Source: Candidatus Latescibacterota bacterium | GTDB lineage: Bacteria > Latescibacterota > UBA2968 > UBA8231 | DNA: 64,000 nt | Direction: 5' to 3' | Assembly: GCA_965219385.1 (NCBI GenBank) | Contig: CBDCNM010000002.1 | Location: 964,639 to 1,028,638 of the forward strand | Shown: in pieces, positions 60,149-64,000 of the stretch | Numbering within the stretch: position 1 is the stretch's first letter | Layout: every line of letters starts with the position of its first letter | Made by a program: the position numbers and the translations under genes | Notes under the pieces: model-generated | Database searches by the model: none | Told to the model about the DNA's origin: nothing | Seen by the model: only the letters and a program-made list of their open reading frames with translations

Positions 60149-60673
60149 AGTTGTCGCTTTATAAGAAAATTTCTGCTATAACTAGCAGAGAAAACAAGAT
60201 GAACCGCCGATTCATGCACCAAAGCCATTATAGGACCCAATATCGGATCCAAAAATAACAGATAAGTTCCTCTCAGTCACAATCCTTTTCGGACTTCTGC
60301 CAACTCTGATTGTGGCGGCTCTGTGGAAAGATAGAGCCCTCGACAAAGGATGGTGGTGGGTCCTTTTACCTGTTTCAGGCTTGGTGCGTTTAGTGCTAAT
60401 TTAGCCAAAACTCCCCGTTTTCTCCGCAATATATTCGCCTCTCCCCGACATAAAATAAAAAGAAAAAGTTGTTGAGACAACGACAATTAAAACAACATCT
60501 TACGTACCAAAAGAAGAAACGAACAGACTAATTTCCTAAAAAACCGTTGACTTTATGGAAAAAATTAGTATGTTCTCCCTTCGAGCTTCTAAAACGAGAA
60601 AGCCCACTCGGGGATTTCTCAAAAACCACCTCAAAGGGGGAAGTCATTATGGAAGTTGTTTTATGGACGTAGA

Positions 60674-60922
60674 ATGTTGCTAGATCTCGGAATCCGAGAT
60701 ATTTCAGAATATGGGTTCGACTCATTCCAGATTGGTCGTTTCTTCTCAAAGGCCACTATCAGCAACGTCAACGGCATTATCCAAGGATCGGGGCCGGAAG
60801 ATGAGAGCAGTGTTAATTACCAATTCGGGACCGACGTGAATTTTCTGATAGCCCTTGGCTTCGAGGGGAGTAGTGGCTATGGTTCCAATTCACATCTGTA
60901 CCTCGTCTTTTCATCAGCCTGA
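60674..60922 (+). pseudogene. Truncated paralogue of the N-terminus of the next gene
   Basis: SEYGFDSFQIGRFFSKATISNVN...NFLIALGFEG...SHLY aligns with SDYGFDTTQVGKYYSGATLENVN...NFFLALGFQG...PHLY. Confidence 0.6.
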
Positions 60923-60928
60923 TAAATA

Positions 60929-62128
60929 TTGCAATTGGGCGTTAACCTGAAGGGAGGCGCGGTGCACGCCCCGCCGCAAACCATTATGAGAATCTGTCAT
61001 AGACGCAGACAATTTTTGGGACTAGGAGCACTACCCTCGGACTACGGGTTTGATACCACCCAGGTGGGTAAATATTACTCCGGGGCTACGTTGGAAAACG
61101 TCAACACAAAAGTGAATAACATGGACGCAAATCTTGAAGCGATGAATTTTTTTCTTGCGCTCGGGTTTCAGGGGAATGACGGCGCCAATCCCCATCTTTA
61201 CCCGAACGGGTATCCTGGCAATCCGACTCCGGGCAATCTCATAGGAACCGTTGATCGGGAAGCCTGGTACGACAATCCCAATCATGCGTTTTACACTGAT
61301 TTTAAGGGATTGTTCAGCCAGGTTGTTAATAGGTGGGGCGCTCGCATGAAAGGCGTGCGCTGGAACCACGAAATCCCACCCTGGCTCTTTAAATGGGGAC
61401 CAAGATGGGTCACCTATGCGGAGGATAACGTGCACAGCCAGTGGCAGGCCATACAGAGCAACGAAGCGGAAAACGACCGCTGGCAGTCGTGGCTTATAGC
61501 CTTGTCCAACGGCACCCTGGGGGAAAATGCCGCCTATGAGGGCCGGGGCGCGAACAAGCGGGGAAGCTTCCCCGCGCCTTATAGAAACACGGACCATCAA
61601 GGCGTGCAGCAGGTGTATAAGAAGTTTGTGGATTTTCAAGTGTCGATCCAGGCCACGATGATCGGCAACCTGGCAGATAGGGTAGAGGAAGCCGAACAGA
61701 CGGTGCATTACGGACCTATTCATTTTTTGGTCTATTCGCCCGCGTATCATTCTCCGGCCTATCCCGAACCCGAATACAGTCTGGACTTGAAGCAGGTCAG
61801 CAAGCCGAATATCATCTGGGAGATAGGCGGCTGGGAACGCAATTCCGACGCCGAGCGCAATAACTGGGCCAGGGAAGCGGGCAGCCGTCCCTATTATTTG
61901 GTCCTGCAGCAGGAACTCAACGCCGCTTGCCTTACGAGTCGTATCGCCAGATTGCCGGACATTATAGAAAATATGCTTGCGCCGAGCACGCCGAACAATA
62001 CGTCCCCTTGGCAAAATTCTTTAGGCTTTTGGAGCAATTGGGACGGGGAGGATCATCCCGGCAATGGTTGGACCGAGACCAGGCAACAGGATTTCATGAA
62101 TAAAATCCAGGAAATCCTAACGGAATAG
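60929..62128 (+). CDS. Hypothetical W/N-rich protein (start uncertain)
   Basis: 399-aa ORF; VRWNHE and IIWEIGG are only suggestive of a glycoside-hydrolase barrel. Confidence 0.6.
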   Translation: MQLGVNLKGGAVHAPPQTIMRICHRRRQFLGLGALPSDYGFDTTQVGKYYSGATLENVNTKVNNMDANLEAMNFFLALGFQGNDGANPHLYPNGYPGNPTPGNLIGTVDREAWYDNPNHAFYTDFKGLFSQVVNRWGARMKGVRWNHEIPPWLFKWGPRWVTYAEDNVHSQWQAIQSNEAENDRWQSWLIALSNGTLGENAAYEGRGANKRGSFPAPYRNTDHQGVQQVYKKFVDFQVSIQATMIGNLADRVEEAEQTVHYGPIHFLVYSPAYHSPAYPEPEYSLDLKQVSKPNIIWEIGGWERNSDAERNNWAREAGSRPYYLVLQQELNAACLTSRIARLPDIIENMLAPSTPNNTSPWQNSLGFWSNWDGEDHPGNGWTETRQQDFMNKIQEILTE

Positions 62129-62130
62129 TC

Positions 62131-63054
62131 ATGATAAGGCTCGCAAAGAGGGGTCTCTTGGGGTCCTTTTTTCTCCTGAGCGCGGCCCCGACTGAGGAGC
62201 CTCAACCCCCTCTCCTGGAAACGTGGGAAAGCGACAAGTATACCATCCAGGCTCAAGATTGGATCACACCGGCCGGAACAACGCACACGATGCTGTTGGT
62301 TCCGGCCGGTCTCTTCTGGAGCGGCTTGGACAAGATCCACTGGGTCGCGATGGCTAGCCAACTTGACTCTACCGGCGCCTTCTGGATCGACAAATATGAG
62401 GTGAGTAGTCGGCTATACAATGAGTTCCGGCAAGCAACGGGCCATCGGGCGCCAAGATTCTCTACGTATTGGGGTGGTCCGGAAATATTTTTACAAGACG
62501 ATCTACCAGTGATAGGCGTAACCCGGCAAGATGCGATTGATTACTGCACCTGGGCAGGGCTGCGGTTGCCCAGAATCCTGGAATGGAGAAAGTCCGCTCG
62601 CGGTACGGACGGACGGCTCTATCCGTGGGGCAACGAAAAGCCTCGCCCCGGCCTGGCCAACTACGGAAAGTACGACGAGGGGGGCTTTGGGTCTTTTGAT
62701 CCCGACAGCACAGACGGCTATTTGTATACTGCTCCGGTGGATGCTATGCCCGATGGGGCCTCCCCCTATGGGGCCCTGAATATGGCCGGGAATGTAGCGG
62801 AATTGGTTATGGAGGTCTCGTCCACCAGAAGAGGTCGCGCCGCCCGGGCTCTGGGGGGCAACTGGCATACCCCCAAGGTTCTACTTGAACTTGGGAGGAG
62901 AGGTTCCATGCCACTCCTTAGAGAGGGGCATGCGCTTATTGACTTCCGTTGTAGAGAGGGGCATGCGAATATCGGCTTCCGTTGCTGCCGGGACGAAGAG
63001 AACACCTCCATCGAACGCAAAAACTGGGGGCAGATCAAACGCCAAGGCAAGTAG
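62131..63054 (+). CDS. Formylglycine-generating enzyme (SUMF1)-domain protein, secreted
   Basis: FWIDKYEV, LPVIGV, ARGTDGRLYPWGN, SPYGALNMAGNVAE, IGFRC. Confidence 0.88.
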   Translation: MIRLAKRGLLGSFFLLSAAPTEEPQPPLLETWESDKYTIQAQDWITPAGTTHTMLLVPAGLFWSGLDKIHWVAMASQLDSTGAFWIDKYEVSSRLYNEFRQATGHRAPRFSTYWGGPEIFLQDDLPVIGVTRQDAIDYCTWAGLRLPRILEWRKSARGTDGRLYPWGNEKPRPGLANYGKYDEGGFGSFDPDSTDGYLYTAPVDAMPDGASPYGALNMAGNVAELVMEVSSTRRGRAARALGGNWHTPKVLLELGRRGSMPLLREGHALIDFRCREGHANIGFRCCRDEENTSIERKNWGQIKRQGK

Positions 63055-63068
63055 ACAGGAGGCCCACC

Positions 63069-64000
63069 ATGCGGATCGGCACACTGTTCTGGATAGTTTT
63101 ACTTTGTGTAGGCTGCGGAGGAGACCGTCCGGTAGGGCCTGTGTCCGGCCCGGCCGCCAAGCCCGCCCAAGGGCAGTCCCACCAGGGTCCTCTCACCTAT
63201 TTTCCCCACAGCGAGGACTGGTTTGGGATACACGCCTGGGGGGTGGCGATTGAGGAGGGCGATGTGGTCCAGGTGCGCTTTTGGGTGGAAGCCGGTATAA
63301 TGGATGTAAATCAGCGGCTGCGCCTTGTACGGATCACCTACACCCATAAAATCTATGGCCCGAGATCGGACGACCCCTGGCAAGATACTACGCCCTTGAT
63401 CCTTGCGGCCGAGCACAAAAGGGAGGACGTAGTACGCTATTTACTGGATCAAGAGGCCGATATCTATGCATATAGTTATTATGGCCGCACCGCATTGATG
63501 GTAGCGGCCTCGGCCGGGTCGTTGCCTATAGTTAAGATGTTGGTGGAACGGGGGGGCCGGATCAAGTATACTGATTTTGGCGGAAAGAATGCCCTGTTTT
63601 TCAGCCTTGGAGGCAAGCCGGGCCAGCTGGCCGTCCTAAAATATTTAGTGTCGGAGGGGGCCGATATCAGCCGGCGCACCAAGCCCAAGCTGCGCATATC
63701 TATGCAGCCGCAGGTGATTATCACTATCACCCCCCTGATGGAGGCCGCTCATTTCAACGGGCCAGAGTCATTGGCCATCATGACCTATCTACTCGAAGGG
63801 GGGGCACGGCCCAACAGACAGAACGAAAACGGCTGGACGGCTCTAATGTCGGCCGCGCACGCAGGACATGAGGACAACGTGCGCCTGCTGGTTTCCTTCG
63901 GTGCCGATGTGAATCTGCGCAACACCCTTGGGCCCTACGGGCGCACCGCCGCAGGCGAAGCCCGCCGGCGCGGCCATGTGGCGATAGCCGACTATCTCGA
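63069..64000 (+). CDS. Ankyrin-repeat lipoprotein (3' end outside the window)
   Basis: AGGAGG RBS, lipobox LLCVGC, repeats TPLILAA, GRTALMVAA, TPLMEAA, GWTALMSAA...GADVN; frame open to the edge. Confidence 0.9.
   Translation, partial: MRIGTLFWIVLLCVGCGGDRPVGPVSGPAAKPAQGQSHQGPLTYFPHSEDWFGIHAWGVAIEEGDVVQVRFWVEAGIMDVNQRLRLVRITYTHKIYGPRSDDPWQDTTPLILAAEHKREDVVRYLLDQEADIYAYSYYGRTALMVAASAGSLPIVKMLVERGGRIKYTDFGGKNALFFSLGGKPGQLAVLKYLVSEGADISRRTKPKLRISMQPQVIITITPLMEAAHFNGPESLAIMTYLLEGGARPNRQNENGWTALMSAAHAGHEDNVRLLVSFGADVNLRNTLGPYGRTAAGEARRRGHVAIADYL

Noticed and set aside
60920..60925. Selenocysteine readthrough joining the two in-frame ORFs
   Set aside because: The TGA is immediately followed by TAA and there is no Cys-motif context.
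1..64000. CRISPR array, tRNA or rRNA genes
   Set aside because: No regularly spaced repeat-spacer series or recognisable structural RNA was seen by eye; a covariance search was not possible.

Overview
A 64-kb bacterial window in which GC-rich housekeeping and catabolic DNA alternates with lower-GC accessory islands. From left to right: (1) a type I Zorya anti-phage operon, zorABCD, with zorD running off the left edge and absent from the ORF track; (2) a small-element zone with MITE-like elements, an AhpD/CMD-family selenoprotein (CxxU plus a SECIS-like hairpin) and a metallophosphoesterase; (3) remnants of an NgoMIV-type R-M pair next to the most novel-looking locus, a co-oriented operon of DNA methyltransferase, sigma-70-like protein, small HTH-like protein, ImmA/IrrE metallopeptidase, NurA-like nuclease, a hidden frameshifted HNH nuclease and a HerA ATPase, capped by a decayed IS; (4) core genes hflX, lon and glnD; (5) a sugar-acid/dioxygenase catabolic region with four PhyH paralogues, two enolase-superfamily enzymes and UxuA-like, lactonase and oxidoreductase genes; (6) a DUF499 ATPase + DUF1156 methyltransferase restriction-like locus carrying a PIN toxin-antitoxin pair and a UvrD remnant cut by nested IS elements; (7) a Cre-like tyrosine recombinase flanked by 8-8-8 palindromic sites, followed by genes for secreted proteins (FGE-domain protein, ankyrin lipoprotein). 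The gene content suggests a Latescibacterota/Poribacteria-like marine or sponge-associated organism, but this is inference only. All family calls come from manual motif recognition; no database searches were run.
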